This document shows, one piece after another, positions 1-11,258 of a stretch of DNA of 64,000 nt. Source of the stretch: Bdellovibrionales bacterium (GTDB lineage: Bacteria > Bdellovibrionota > Bdellovibrionia > Bdellovibrionales > JAGQZY01); contig CAXRHT010000002.1 of the NCBI GenBank assembly GCA_964230645.1, forward strand, positions 512,001-576,000, read 5' to 3'. Both the position numbers and the translations under genes were made by a program. Position 1 is the stretch's first letter. Every line of letters begins with the position of its first letter. The notes below the pieces were generated by a model that was given only the letters and a program-made list of their open reading frames with translations, was not told the DNA's origin and did no database searches.

Positions 1-101
1 TCCTTTTTCGCTGAGAGCTGTAGCTTAAGACCCGCGGTATCGCCTAAAAACTGGCCCTTCTTTATGTGCTTGAGCCTTCGCAATAAATTAGAGCTGTTCA
101 T
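1..101 (-). CDS. 5' part of a gene running off the window edge (MNSSNLLRRLKHIKKGQFLGD...)
   Basis: ATG at 101 with AAGGA upstream, open to the window edge, directly downstream of the 127..1155 gene. Confidence 0.35.
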   Translation of the reverse strand, partial: MNSSNLLRRLKHIKKGQFLGDTAGLKLQLSAKK

Positions 102-126
102 CACTTAACTTTTCCTTTTCACCAAT

Positions 127-1155
127 CTATCTAAACTCATGCTTTACAAAACTGTTTAATGTGACCGGAACCAGTTCGTATCCCTGTTTTTCACAATAAG
201 ACCTAAGCCTTTTCAAGCTTCGCTCAACACGCTTGAGATAGTGAGCTTGTACTAATTTTTGGGAATCGGTTCCCGTGGGCTTAAAATATTCCACGGCACT
301 TTCCTGGTGCCAACCGTAGTGAATATAGAGGTGACTCTCACTAGAGTTGAGTGCCTGTCTTTCAAGATCAAGAAATTGCCTAAAGAAAAGAGCCTCATCG
401 ACATAGTCCGCCAATGCAAAGTTATCGGGGAAGTAATACATCGTGTTTCCCTTAATCTTAGAGGCCCATGGAAGGGTCGACATTTTAACTTCTCCCCAGA
501 GTTTTTGGAGAGTTTTTACCAACTCGGTCTCTGGATAAAGCTCCGAGATTAATGAAGGAGGCACTGGCGAGCTATCGATATTGATTCCATTTTCTAGTAA
601 TGCTTTTTGGGTCTCAAGATTCGACATCCAGCCCCCCGCACGGAAGCTTTGAAGATTGCTAAAACCATTTTTTTCCAATAACTTCAAAGAATGGCTAATG
701 ATTCTGGAAGCTTCACTTTTACTATAAGCAGTGAGCGGAATATCCGAGCCTCTCTCCCCGCCTTGTTCCTTAGAAGAGCCTCCCCAAAATGAGGGTTTAT
801 TGCGGTAGTTCACTCTCGCAGACTTCACTAAATTTTCCCAGGCATGGATATGCAGGCCTAACTCGTCTTGAGGGCGAATCACCGATTGGATTTTTTCAGT
901 GATTTGGGTTTTAGATAAATTAAATTCTTTTTTCGTATAATAGGCGGGATTGAGAAAATGAATAACTGGATACTGCGGAAACTTCTTATTAAAATCTCTC
1001 ATAGCTTCAAGATTTTTTTCTCGTAGAGTATCTCCTTCCCAGTCTACACTCAAAAGAAGATAGACCTTGAGGAGTTTCTTGCTCGTTGTTTTCTTCGCTT
1101 GGCAGCCTGTGATTGCAAGAAAACAAATCCATAAAATGACGAGGTAGAATTTCAT
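127..1155 (-). CDS. Lipoprotein with polysaccharide deacetylase-like (CE4/NodB-like) fold
   Basis: Lipobox ITGC; SVDWEG, ELGLHIH, SFRAGGW and DSS motifs. Confidence 0.65.
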   Translation of the reverse strand: MKFYLVILWICFLAITGCQAKKTTSKKLLKVYLLLSVDWEGDTLREKNLEAMRDFNKKFPQYPVIHFLNPAYYTKKEFNLSKTQITEKIQSVIRPQDELGLHIHAWENLVKSARVNYRNKPSFWGGSSKEQGGERGSDIPLTAYSKSEASRIISHSLKLLEKNGFSNLQSFRAGGWMSNLETQKALLENGINIDSSPVPPSLISELYPETELVKTLQKLWGEVKMSTLPWASKIKGNTMYYFPDNFALADYVDEALFFRQFLDLERQALNSSESHLYIHYGWHQESAVEYFKPTGTDSQKLVQAHYLKRVERSLKRLRSYCEKQGYELVPVTLNSFVKHEFR

Positions 1156-1224
1156 AAAACTCCAAGGAAGGTCTTTTATCTTTTCAAAGGATACTCTGGA
1201 GTCTTGTGTTCGGTCAAAGAAAGC

Positions 1225-4200
1225 CTATTTCTGACCTTCTTCCCGAATAAGTTTTTCGATGGCCTCAAGACGCTTTTCAAGCTGCTCGTTTTGACTCTCA
1301 AGCTTTTTGACCTTTTCTTCATGCTCGATTTTCTGCCGGGCGAGGTCACGCTTTAAACGATCAACTTCTTTGGCCTCTTTTTTCTGCGTGGCAAAAAGTT
1401 TATCGATTTTTCTATTAAGCTCTTGAATGGCTTTGACCACAGGAGCGATCAGGTTGGAATAGATCATGGACTTTAGACCTTCATCATCAGTTTCAACAAC
1501 CTCTGGGAAGAGAGGCTCTACATCTTGAGCGATGAAACCAATCTGCTGCTTTTCTTCACGGTCCGTGCGGTATTTATAGGTCACCGGTTTTAGTTGAAGA
1601 ATTTTCTCAAGTGAAGAATCCATAGGTTGAATCTCTTCTTTCAAGCGACGATCGGAACTGTGAGTCCAACCGCCGGTGGTGTAGCGTCCATAGGTGGAAC
1701 CATTGTAAACCGTTAAAATTTCGTCTGGAGTATCGGTTCCAATACCAACGTTACCATCTTTATCGATTCGTAGTCGTTCACCCAGTAGATTAGAGTCTCC
1801 TGGTAGTGCTGTCCCCCCGGGATTCTGAGGCTTAATTGGAACAATGATGTGAGCATATGTCTCGGGGCCATCAAGGGTCCAAGTCACGTTGGCGGTGGTA
1901 TCCCCCGCTCTTATAGAGGCAGCCCCTTGTCCAAGACCTGACATACTACTGTTCCAAAGCTCTGTTTGACTTCCATCGGCAGTCATACTTGCCACAGAAT
2001 CGGAAGCAAGGACATCAAAGACATATTCATCGGTGGCACTGGAAACGCTTCCGGAAATAGGATCACCGTTTCCTGAGTTTGTCGAATGAGTTCCAAAGGG
2101 AGCCCCTTGGTCGACATTGTAAAAGTAGATAGCCCCCATTAAAACTTGGTCATTGCCGGACAAATTCAAAGACAAGGTATGAGTGCCGCTGGGTGGATTC
2201 AACATATACCACACCTCAGCACGGGTTGCAGATGAGTTACTTCGAGCATCCAGCAACGTTAATGCGATGCCGTTATAAGTCAGAGTTGTGACGGTATCAT
2301 TGGAGTCAATAGTAACCCCCACCATTAGTAGTCCATTCGCTTTTGTCGGAATTGTATGAGAGGTCGACATAGAGTCGGAATTAGTGACGGATGTTGAAAT
2401 ATTGGCATAATCCACGCCTATAGGCGCGGCAGAGGCTTCAGCAGTTCTAAAAATAATATCTCCTGATCCTCCACCACCAGTTCCGTTAGACGCATCGATG
2501 TAAAGATCTCCTCCAGGAACATCAAGTCCAGTAGCAGCAGCTCCTCGCAAACGAGTCGTTGTGGGAATCGCACCATCCCCTGTACCAAGCACAATCTCTC
2601 CGTCATTATCAACGGAAAGAACTTGGGTGGGCGTCCCGTCGGGTGCATCCAAAGAGGACGCAGCCCCACCAGCACTAACACAGCTCCAGAAATAACTGGG
2701 CCCAGCACTCATTTCAAGTTTTTCGTCAGGATCACAATGAGGAACGGCATCAGCTCCCATGACATCACCAGCAGAAGTACCAATCGAGGCTTGCAGATAG
2801 CCTGAGAGAAAATTAGAGGTTGTGATTCTTCTTAAAGCACCAGCCGAGGTATCGTGAATAAGAAGGGAGTCAGTACCCGCACGAACGGTTGTCGCTGTCG
2901 TACCGGATATATTAACTTCCACATCATTGGCATTGACGTTGATACCTGCTCCAGCACCGACGGCGAAACTTCGTGAAGAAGTAATATCACCGCCACCGTT
3001 AAGACCAGCGCCAGCGGTGAGGTTTACTGAACCATGATTGATATGTTCATTGGCTATAAAGCCAGAAAGATTGTCATGATCGATACTTCCCTCATTCACA
3101 TCAACGGACACTTCGTTAGCATTACTTAAGACACTCACTCGAACACTACCTGAAGATAAGGTTTTAAATTCAAGGTCTTCTGCACTTTTCTGTTTAAATA
3201 TGGCCTGCCCACCACCCACATTGGAGGCGGTATTGACTTCCCCACCCCCACCACCGGCAGGATCAATCCAAGAGGAACCATCGTAATATTTTAATTTGTT
3301 GGAATCAGCATTATCAAAAGCTAAGTCTCCAGCCTGCGGACTTCCTGGTAGAGCTTCCGGAGTCACACGTATTGGGCCATCTACATGTAAAAGACGCTCA
3401 GGAGCCGTTGTTCCGATACCGACATTACCTAAAGAACTGTCACCGTATATCGTATTTCCAATATTTATAAAGTTGGACGCCGAACCAAAGGGGACATCGG
3501 TATTTGTACCAATTAAGATATTATCTGACCCAAAGGTAAAATTAAAGTTTCCTGAATCCTTCCCAATAAAAATATTATTATCTCCAGAGCCCATAGCTGA
3601 ATTATAGCCCGCTTGATAGCCGATCCCAATATTGTAGTTACCAGTCTGAGCATATAACGTGCTGTAACCGACGGCCGTATTTCCTATCATATTCGCCTGA
3701 GGACCGTTGCCCGAACCGCCAATTGCCAACGAACCTACAGTTGTATTGTAGTCACCCGAATCTATGTCAAATCCTGCATAGGAACCAACTGCCGTATTCT
3801 CATTGTCTCCGTTTGACAGAGATCCTCCGGCTGATGGTCCGATGAGCACCACTCCAGAGTTGACTGTCGAAGATACTCCATCTCCCATCGTCAGAACATT
3901 CGAATTAGAAGTGGCATCATTCAGGTCATTGATTGATGACGCTCCACCACCCGCAAGAAGATCGGTCACTGCTCCTGCTTCATCACGAAATTTTAGTTTG
4001 TTATCAGCCGCATCAACATAAAGTTTATGATAAGTAGCTACATCTGTCGTTGGAGCGGTCATCTCTTTAAAAGACATTCCCCCTTCAAGAGTGAGCTTTT
4101 CGTTGGGACTTGTGGTTCCAACCCCAACATTTCCACTATCTCGGTGAATACTCATATGGGTCGTTGAGGTTCCAGATAAGTGCCCAATGAACTTTAAACT

Positions 4201-7200
4201 ATCACTTCCATTGTCGCCATCAAATTGAAGCTCGAAACCACTAGGAGTAGTAGCACTTGGCGTTTCAAATAAAGCTACGCTTGGAGTATCAAGGTCTCCA
4301 TTACCAGTAACTTGCAGTTGAGCTCCAGTCGATGACTGAATATGTACATTAGATTGAGGCACTGTTGTTCCAAAACCAACGTTACCATTTTGCGAGATTC
4401 TCATTCTTTCATTTGCACTTGTAGTAAAATAGATGTCGTTGTTGTTAATAGTTCGTATATGGATGTCTGCGTCCGAGGTTCGTAGAGTCATGCGACTGCC
4501 ACCAGCGTCGGCAGTATCGATGACGTTGTTTGGATTACCGCCGATGATCCGGCGATCTAGAGTTAAATCACCTGTCATCGGAATTGAGCCATCAGCAAGG
4601 AAATCCCCACTGCCGCCCCCGCCAGTCCAGCCTGTGCTGATATCCTGACAGTTATTTCCTGCCTCATCACAAATTTGCTCTGCGCGGATGGTTCCCGATA
4701 CATCAAGAAGTGAAGCTGGCACTGTTGTTCCAATACCAATATTCCCAACGCCGTCAATTCTTAAGCGTTCAACACCATCGGTTGAAAAACCAAGATTTTC
4801 AGATGTCGGATGAAAAACTCCTGTATTCGTGTCTCCGACAAAACTATAAGTCGGGTCAGTTTCAGAGCCAAGGCTACCGTCAATATTCGCGCCACCAACA
4901 TATTGCGAGCGAAAAAAGTTTTCACCCCATAACCAGCTCAAGTTTCCACCCATGCTCACCCAAATCTGGTCAGCACCAGTTCCTTGGAATCCCGTGTCTT
5001 CATCTCCATCAAATGCAATTCCGGGTAGAGCTGTTGTTCCGTAATCCGCTTGCAGAGCTCCTGTCATTGGAATAGACCCATCGGCTAAGAAATCCCCTGA
5101 GCCTCCGCTACCACCAGCTTCAATCCAAGTGGAACCATCATAAAATTTGAGTTTGTTAGAATCGGCGCTATCAAAGGCCAAGTCTCCTGCTTGTGGACTA
5201 CCTGGCAAAGCTTGTGGGTTTATTCTTATGGGACCATCGGTATGCAATAGTCGCTCAGGTGTTGTTGTTCCAATTCCTACACTTCCCAAATTATCAATTC
5301 TAAGTGCTTCAACGGCTGTTCCGTTATTTTGTGTGTTTATGTAAAAATAGGAATCAACAGCACCACTTGTTGCATCCAATGCGGCCGCTCCGATCTGGGC
5401 CACAGCCTGTTCGTTACCTTCAACGCTCGTCTCAACATAAAAGTCTTGATGAACTCCAATGCCCGCAGCTCCAACACCACCATCAAACGAGCGCGTCAGT
5501 CTTAAAGCCGCTCCACTTGAGTTTCCATTGTTAGTTCTAGCCCGATTAAAAACGGCATGCGACTCTCCAATTACATCTAACACCACATTTGGTGTACTCG
5601 TCCCAATACCGACATTACCTGAATTATAGAATACGTCACCGGCATTATCTGTCCACAATGAACCTCCAGCACTGCCTCCAGCATCGATCCAAGAAGAACC
5701 ATCATAAAATTTAAGCTTGTTAGAATCGGCACTATCAAAGGCTAAGTCTCCAGCTTGGGGGCTGCCCGGCAAAGCTTGGGGATCTATTCTTACAGCCCCA
5801 TCGACGTGCAACGGTCGCTCTGGTACTGTTGTACCGATACCAATATTACCTAAGGTATCAATAGTCATGGCCGTCGAATTGTTCGTTAAGAAATTTAAAT
5901 TTTGAGTATTTGTTGTCCCAACATCTAGAGATCCCGATGGAGCGTTACCACCGTCTATAACATAACCATCATCAGCGATAATCGCTTCGACTTCGGCATT
6001 TGAGAGAACAAAATTTGAACGAGTCATTTTTCTCAATGCTCCGACGGAAGCATCGTAAATTAATACTTCGTCACCGGCTGCTACTGAGGTCTCAGCAGTT
6101 TCATTGGTAATATCAACATTCACTCCAGTTCCATCCACCGTAATAGCGGAACCACCTGTTACTTCAATATCATTAGCGTTCACATTGATTCCGTTACCAG
6201 CGCCCACGGCAAGAGTTCTGTCGGTCGAAAGATCCCCTCCACCTGTAAGGCCACCTCCTGCGATAATTTGTGTAGAGCTTGCCACTTTACCACTATTGAG
6301 TTCAACGATAGCGGCTTGCAAGGTTGTCGCTGTTAGGGGCGTAGTACCTATGGGGATAGCTGTGGCATTGAACTGACTTTCATCAAGAGTTAAAGTGACA
6401 ACATCAGCCACAGTAGAAACACCAATTTTAGAATTGGCTGAAGCTATCGTTCTAAATTCAAAATCAACACCACTTTTTTGTTTAAATATAGGAGTCGCTC
6501 CCCCAACACTGCTAGCAGTATTGACTTCACCCCCAGAAGCTGTTCCAAAAGCCTCCCAACCGGTTCCATCACAAAAAGAAACCGTTCCTCCGACGTATTT
6601 TAGTGTACCTTGTTTTGTCGCACTACAAGCATCAAGGTCATCGCCAATTTGAACTCCACCGTCGACCTGCAACCTTGATTGAGGCGACGTTGTTCCTAGA
6701 CCAACATTCCCGGCGAAATAGTTTTTATCAGACGAGTGCATCTGAAAGACACCGTAGGTTTCATCTCCAGATAGATCTGCAATATAAAGCCCGGCAGCCT
6801 CACCGATTGTTCCTCCGCCAGAGTTGGAGTTCATTGCGTAAAAGTTGTAAGAAAAACCGATCGTTCCAGTCGACTCATTACTAATTGCAGAAAAAGTTCC
6901 AAAATTCGCTCCTGAGAGTCCAGGCCCAGTTTTTTTCACCTGAATGGAGGACCCATAAAGACCACTAACATCTCCGGCACCTGAGTGTTCCACCTCAATT
7001 GACGAGCCACTAATCGAACCACCAATAATTGAGTTGGCTCCTTGCCCACTCACTCGAGTTCTTCTTCCAATATAACTTGTGTTGGTTCCAGCTGAACTAG
7101 GATCAACGCTAAGCTCTAGTTGCTCAAGAAAATGTATGCCGCCATCAGCAACCGTCTGCTCTCCTTCGACATGAAATCTTGAATTGGGGTTGGTTGTACC

Positions 7201-9675
7201 TATACCTATATTTCCACCGTCTTTAACAATCAAACGAGTGGAAGTATCATCTTGAACAACAATATCGCGATTGTTAGCTGCGGCGATTGTAAAGGAACTA
7301 TTTCCGGTCGAGAGCTTACCCACTTGAGCACTGTTTCTAAAGAAAGAGAGAGCTCGCTCAGAATCGGCCGTGCCACCAAATTGAAAGTCTCCACCTTCAA
7401 CGTGAAAACGCTGTCCAGGTGTAGCAGTTCCTATTCCTACATCTCCACTATCGGTAACTACAAATGAGGATGTGCCATTATCTTGAATTTGAAAATTATT
7501 AGTAGATGTTAAATTGAAAATCACATCTGATGAATCAACATCGACATTTGAACCATTATTATAGGCATCATCTAAACTCTGGGACTCAGAGGTCAAGTAA
7601 CCTGCAGTACTGTGATCTCCCCAGGCAAAGGCTTGATCCCAGTCAGACGAATTATTAGTAATGGCACTGTAGGTACCGGGTGAGGTGCGAACTAAAATAC
7701 CATTTCCAGACCACACATTATCAAGTTCGGTTCCCGTAATGCTTTGTAGAAAACCTTCACTTGTTGCAAAAGCTCCCACTTCACTTTGACTTAACACGAA
7801 ATTTGCTCGTGTCATTTCTTTTAAATTTCCAGCATCAGAGCTATCGCGAATAAGTATAGAGTCCGTTCCTTGCACGGTCGCTTCATCAGCCGTTCCTGCG
7901 ATATCAACATTCACTCCACTGCCATCAACACTAATCCCACTACCCGCTCGCACTTCAATATCATTGGCGTTCACAGTGATTCCGTTACCAGCCCCGATAT
8001 CAAAAGTTCTATTAGCGGAAAGGTCGCCGCCACCGGTTAAACCAGCTCCGGCCGTTAAATCTCGGCTCTCAGAAACATAATCAACAGGCTCTTTATCGAC
8101 CCAACTCAATACTCCTGCACCACTGGTTGAAAGAACCTGTCCGGCGGTACCGTCAGCAACGGGAAGAGTCCAAACAAAAGAGGACGGGGCTGTGACTGTG
8201 TTGGGAGCTTTAAATCCTATGTATCTTGTACCAGTATCTTGAAAACGAATTTCTGTAGTGACTCCAGCATTAAGATCCATGAGAAGATTTCCAGTCATCG
8301 AATCCCCGGATTTTGCTAGTTTTTCAGAGCTCAACTCTTCAATCCCAGCTTGCACGTTTGTGGCTACATCAACATCGCCACCATAGGTGTTATCAAAATC
8401 TATTTGTGAAGCATCGTAGTCACCAGCTGTGGCAACAACATTTCCAGATCTTCCAAAAACTTGTGTTACTCCCGCATTCACATCTTGCCATGAAAGAACC
8501 CCACTGCCATCAGTTTGTAAGTATTGACCGGGATCTCCATCATTATTTGGTAGAGTAAGATTAACATTTCCACCCAAAGTGGCTGGAGATTTTAAGGAGA
8601 CATATTCCGTTCCATTGGCAGAGTTTTCAAGAAGACGCAGTTCCATCTCGTTATTAACTTGAAGGTTACCACCTGAAATTAGACCATTGGTCACACCAAT
8701 GCCTCCACCCACAGTGACATTTCCGCCGGTTGTAATTTCATTAATATTGGTAATATTTTGATTTCCCATGTTTATGGGGCCGCTCATTGTACCACCGGCA
8801 GTCGGAAGTTTCGTAGTGTCATCGATTACACTTGTGATCCACTGAGTTCCATCCCAACTGATCACTTTACCGACGTCAGCACCACCAGCAAGGGAACCAA
8901 TATTTGTGGTATCAACAGCTCGGCCTCCAATATAACTTCTAGCGTGGCGCACGTTCACAGCATCTGTATCAGCACTGGGATTGGGATCATCTAAATTTAT
9001 GATTTTCTGGTTGTTGTTATCAACATCGGCCGTTGGAGCTCCCACTGAAAAACTAGAGCTTGTCCCATCAAGTAGAGCTTGCAGCTCTGTCCAATTGGCA
9101 TCATTAAACACAAAATTAAGGTTGTTTTGGGTAAGGTTAAAGCCCGTTCCATTATTAATTCGTAGAAGCTCTGAAGCGGTAATACCACTCACACTGGCTG
9201 CGCTCGCAGCATATGGGACACTCACCACGTTGTGATCCTGAGCAATGGTCACAGGACCTGAACCATCATCAAAAGTGATTCTTAGTTTTCTCCCATCACT
9301 GGGGTCAGGAGTATAAGTCGGCCCCGCAACACAATCATCAGGGCTGACGGCTCCTGTGAAATTATTGAGAGCATTGGTAAGAGTGTTGAGGTCTTGAAAA
9401 CTACCATCTCCGGGTCTTGCACCCTCTCCAACTGTTACGGCAAAAATTCCATTGGAGTTAATCATATTAAGCGTATGAGACTCTTCGTAAAGCACACAAA
9501 GCTCTGGTTCTGGAGAGAGTATTTCAATTTGAAATTGGACGTTGTTAGCTTCAAGGGCCTGGCCATTGGGTTTAATGATTTGACCTTGATAGGTAAAATA
9601 AGCAGGCGCCGCCCAGGCAAAAGCCGGAAATACTACCGAAAGTAAAAATATTGAAACTATTCTTTTTACGTGCAC
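1225..9675 (-). CDS. Giant trimeric tail-fibre-like adhesin (Bdellovibrio MAT-type) with C-terminal peptidase S74 intramolecular chaperone
   Basis: Signal peptide; N-terminal FTYQGQI motif; many GNVGIGTTxP repeats; NTAVG repeats; SDRRLKEEI...IGFIAQDVEPLFPEVV S74 domain followed by a coiled coil. Confidence 0.9.
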   Translation of the reverse strand: MHVKRIVSIFLLSVVFPAFAWAAPAYFTYQGQIIKPNGQALEANNVQFQIEILSPEPELCVLYEESHTLNMINSNGIFAVTVGEGARPGDGSFQDLNTLTNALNNFTGAVSPDDCVAGPTYTPDPSDGRKLRITFDDGSGPVTIAQDHNVVSVPYAASAASVSGITASELLRINNGTGFNLTQNNLNFVFNDANWTELQALLDGTSSSFSVGAPTADVDNNNQKIINLDDPNPSADTDAVNVRHARSYIGGRAVDTTNIGSLAGGADVGKVISWDGTQWITSVIDDTTKLPTAGGTMSGPINMGNQNITNINEITTGGNVTVGGGIGVTNGLISGGNLQVNNEMELRLLENSANGTEYVSLKSPATLGGNVNLTLPNNDGDPGQYLQTDGSGVLSWQDVNAGVTQVFGRSGNVVATAGDYDASQIDFDNTYGGDVDVATNVQAGIEELSSEKLAKSGDSMTGNLLMDLNAGVTTEIRFQDTGTRYIGFKAPNTVTAPSSFVWTLPVADGTAGQVLSTSGAGVLSWVDKEPVDYVSESRDLTAGAGLTGGGDLSANRTFDIGAGNGITVNANDIEVRAGSGISVDGSGVNVDIAGTADEATVQGTDSILIRDSSDAGNLKEMTRANFVLSQSEVGAFATSEGFLQSITGTELDNVWSGNGILVRTSPGTYSAITNNSSDWDQAFAWGDHSTAGYLTSESQSLDDAYNNGSNVDVDSSDVIFNLTSTNNFQIQDNGTSSFVVTDSGDVGIGTATPGQRFHVEGGDFQFGGTADSERALSFFRNSAQVGKLSTGNSSFTIAAANNRDIVVQDDTSTRLIVKDGGNIGIGTTNPNSRFHVEGEQTVADGGIHFLEQLELSVDPSSAGTNTSYIGRRTRVSGQGANSIIGGSISGSSIEVEHSGAGDVSGLYGSSIQVKKTGPGLSGANFGTFSAISNESTGTIGFSYNFYAMNSNSGGGTIGEAAGLYIADLSGDETYGVFQMHSSDKNYFAGNVGLGTTSPQSRLQVDGGVQIGDDLDACSATKQGTLKYVGGTVSFCDGTGWEAFGTASGGEVNTASSVGGATPIFKQKSGVDFEFRTIASANSKIGVSTVADVVTLTLDESQFNATAIPIGTTPLTATTLQAAIVELNSGKVASSTQIIAGGGLTGGGDLSTDRTLAVGAGNGINVNANDIEVTGGSAITVDGTGVNVDITNETAETSVAAGDEVLIYDASVGALRKMTRSNFVLSNAEVEAIIADDGYVIDGGNAPSGSLDVGTTNTQNLNFLTNNSTAMTIDTLGNIGIGTTVPERPLHVDGAVRIDPQALPGSPQAGDLAFDSADSNKLKFYDGSSWIDAGGSAGGSLWTDNAGDVFYNSGNVGIGTSTPNVVLDVIGESHAVFNRARTNNGNSSGAALRLTRSFDGGVGAAGIGVHQDFYVETSVEGNEQAVAQIGAAALDATSGAVDSYFYINTQNNGTAVEALRIDNLGSVGIGTTTPERLLHTDGPIRINPQALPGSPQAGDLAFDSADSNKLKFYDGSTWIEAGGSGGSGDFLADGSIPMTGALQADYGTTALPGIAFDGDEDTGFQGTGADQIWVSMGGNLSWLWGENFFRSQYVGGANIDGSLGSETDPTYSFVGDTNTGVFHPTSENLGFSTDGVERLRIDGVGNIGIGTTVPASLLDVSGTIRAEQICDEAGNNCQDISTGWTGGGGSGDFLADGSIPMTGDLTLDRRIIGGNPNNVIDTADAGGSRMTLRTSDADIHIRTINNNDIYFTTSANERMRISQNGNVGFGTTVPQSNVHIQSSTGAQLQVTGNGDLDTPSVALFETPSATTPSGFELQFDGDNGSDSLKFIGHLSGTSTTHMSIHRDSGNVGVGTTSPNEKLTLEGGMSFKEMTAPTTDVATYHKLYVDAADNKLKFRDEAGAVTDLLAGGGASSINDLNDATSNSNVLTMGDGVSSTVNSGVVLIGPSAGGSLSNGDNENTAVGSYAGFDIDSGDYNTTVGSLAIGGSGNGPQANMIGNTAVGYSTLYAQTGNYNIGIGYQAGYNSAMGSGDNNIFIGKDSGNFNFTFGSDNILIGTNTDVPFGSASNFINIGNTIYGDSSLGNVGIGTTAPERLLHVDGPIRVTPEALPGSPQAGDLAFDNADSNKLKYYDGSSWIDPAGGGGGEVNTASNVGGGQAIFKQKSAEDLEFKTLSSGSVRVSVLSNANEVSVDVNEGSIDHDNLSGFIANEHINHGSVNLTAGAGLNGGGDITSSRSFAVGAGAGINVNANDVEVNISGTTATTVRAGTDSLLIHDTSAGALRRITTSNFLSGYLQASIGTSAGDVMGADAVPHCDPDEKLEMSAGPSYFWSCVSAGGAASSLDAPDGTPTQVLSVDNDGEIVLGTGDGAIPTTTRLRGAAATGLDVPGGDLYIDASNGTGGGGSGDIIFRTAEASAAPIGVDYANISTSVTNSDSMSTSHTIPTKANGLLMVGVTIDSNDTVTTLTYNGIALTLLDARSNSSATRAEVWYMLNPPSGTHTLSLNLSGNDQVLMGAIYFYNVDQGAPFGTHSTNSGNGDPISGSVSSATDEYVFDVLASDSVASMTADGSQTELWNSSMSGLGQGAASIRAGDTTANVTWTLDGPETYAHIIVPIKPQNPGGTALPGDSNLLGERLRIDKDGNVGIGTDTPDEILTVYNGSTYGRYTTGGWTHSSDRRLKEEIQPMDSSLEKILQLKPVTYKYRTDREEKQQIGFIAQDVEPLFPEVVETDDEGLKSMIYSNLIAPVVKAIQELNRKIDKLFATQKKEAKEVDRLKRDLARQKIEHEEKVKKLESQNEQLEKRLEAIEKLIREEGQK

Positions 9676-9987
9676 ACAAATTTATCGGCAGCAGAGATCA
9701 GAAATGAATAGTTAAAATACTTTTTATTGAGAATTCAGCGTGAAAATCTCAAGGCGATTCATTGAATTCAGTATATTGAGACATTTAGGGACTCAATTTG
9801 AGAGTTAAAAGTAAAAAAGTACACTTATCCTTTTTATTTCAGGCACTTAGAGTGTCTCTTTCCTAGACCAAAATCAAGAGAATATTCATTTTCAAAGGCG
9901 GACTTTTACCGAGAAATAAACCCGACTTTGCACTGCTAAAGACACTCACCTTTTGGCTATTAAACAAATTTAAATTAGAATCAAATC

Positions 9988-11040
9988 GTGGCAAAGTTTT
10001 TCCGAGAAACCAAAACATACTCCGAACTTAACCCTATTTCAGGCAAACAGTATTTTGTTTTCCTTCTTAAAACTCATATTCCCTTGGGGATCTCAGCTTT
10101 GCTCTTAGTGTTCTTACACAACTACCTTGCCGAAACGAATATTGGCCTTCAAACGTTATTTCTCCTCTTCTGCACTATTTCGTTTTTTGTTCTAGGAATA
10201 GTTGTAGGCGAACTCACAATTCAATACACGTGGGCTCGTTTAAAATCGATCGACCCTGAGTACCCGGGAGGATTACTTCACTCCATTTTGCTTTATGGAG
10301 CCCTTCCTTTTACTTTAACGACATTCTTTTTAATTTTTAAAAAGCCAAAATCAATGATGGGTAAATTGAATAAGCTCGTTTGGACTCTTCTAAAATTTTA
10401 CACGGCAACAGTTCTCTCACTACTGCTAGTTCTTGCGATTTTAGTTGATAAAAACGAAACAAGAGCAATGATTGGCACAAACGCCGCCTATTACCTTAGT
10501 GGTCCAGCGACGTTTTATATTTTGCATTTTCTCACTGAAACAGCTCAAGCCCATGAATTCAAAGATAAGACTCGTGATTTACCCTACGATAAGCTTTTTC
10601 CAAAACTTCAAGAAAGATGTCATACCCAAAGAACCTCCACTGTTTCTTACCAAATAGTTGGTGCAGCGGCCCTATTGAAAACAAAAAGTAAAAAAGATAT
10701 AGACCGAGACGAACTCTTCCGATTAAACAAAGATCTGTTAAAAATGGTAAATGAATGTTCACCCAGTCGATTAACCCTTAATTTATATAATCCTATTTGG
10801 GCATTTTCAGAAGTGACTCTAGCAGAGGCATCTGCCATGTTAATGGTTGAAAGATTTATTAACAATTTAACTATTTTAATTTTTTGGCCAGACAAAATCC
10901 CTCTCGATCGCAAAGGAAAATTGAGTGAAGTTCAAAAAAATAAAATTGAGGAATTAAAAAAAGCTTCACCTGTCTACCATAGAGCGAAACAATTAAAACA
11001 GTATCCAATTTTAAATTGGATTCATGAACTTTTGCATTGA
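9988..11040 (+). CDS. Hypothetical multi-pass membrane protein
   Basis: 350-aa ORF with about four N-terminal hydrophobic segments; AT-rich; no family recognised. Confidence 0.65.
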   Translation: MAKFFRETKTYSELNPISGKQYFVFLLKTHIPLGISALLLVFLHNYLAETNIGLQTLFLLFCTISFFVLGIVVGELTIQYTWARLKSIDPEYPGGLLHSILLYGALPFTLTTFFLIFKKPKSMMGKLNKLVWTLLKFYTATVLSLLLVLAILVDKNETRAMIGTNAAYYLSGPATFYILHFLTETAQAHEFKDKTRDLPYDKLFPKLQERCHTQRTSTVSYQIVGAAALLKTKSKKDIDRDELFRLNKDLLKMVNECSPSRLTLNLYNPIWAFSEVTLAEASAMLMVERFINNLTILIFWPDKIPLDRKGKLSEVQKNKIEELKKASPVYHRAKQLKQYPILNWIHELLH

Positions 11041-11072
11041 ATAAAGATCAGACCTACCGAGGGAAAGAAACT

Positions 11073-11258
11073 CTAGCAGCTCACTCTGTGTTTGGCTTTT
11101 TCGCACTTGTCTTTTTTGGAGCAAAACGCACAGTCTTCACCCATGATTTGGCCAAGTCCGCCGCAGGAGCCTTTGAGTCTTTTATTGGAAAAGATCACTC
11201 CCACTCCCATGAAAACGAAGAAAAGAGCGAGTACTAAAAATGTCACAACATAAATCAT
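11073..11258 (-). CDS. nqrM: Na+-NQR maturation factor NqrM (DUF539)
   Basis: TM helix then LKGSCGG...CAFC...C; directly after apbE. Confidence 0.88.
   Translation of the reverse strand: MIYVVTFLVLALFFVFMGVGVIFSNKRLKGSCGGLGQIMGEDCAFCSKKDKCEKAKHRVSC

Noticed and set aside
3296..5905. Repeated plus-strand ORFs beginning MLESALSKAKSPA
   Set aside because: Antisense shadows of the repeated fibre module
1225..9675. Prophage tail gene
   Set aside because: It has a signal peptide and no neighbouring phage genes; it fits a cellular adhesin
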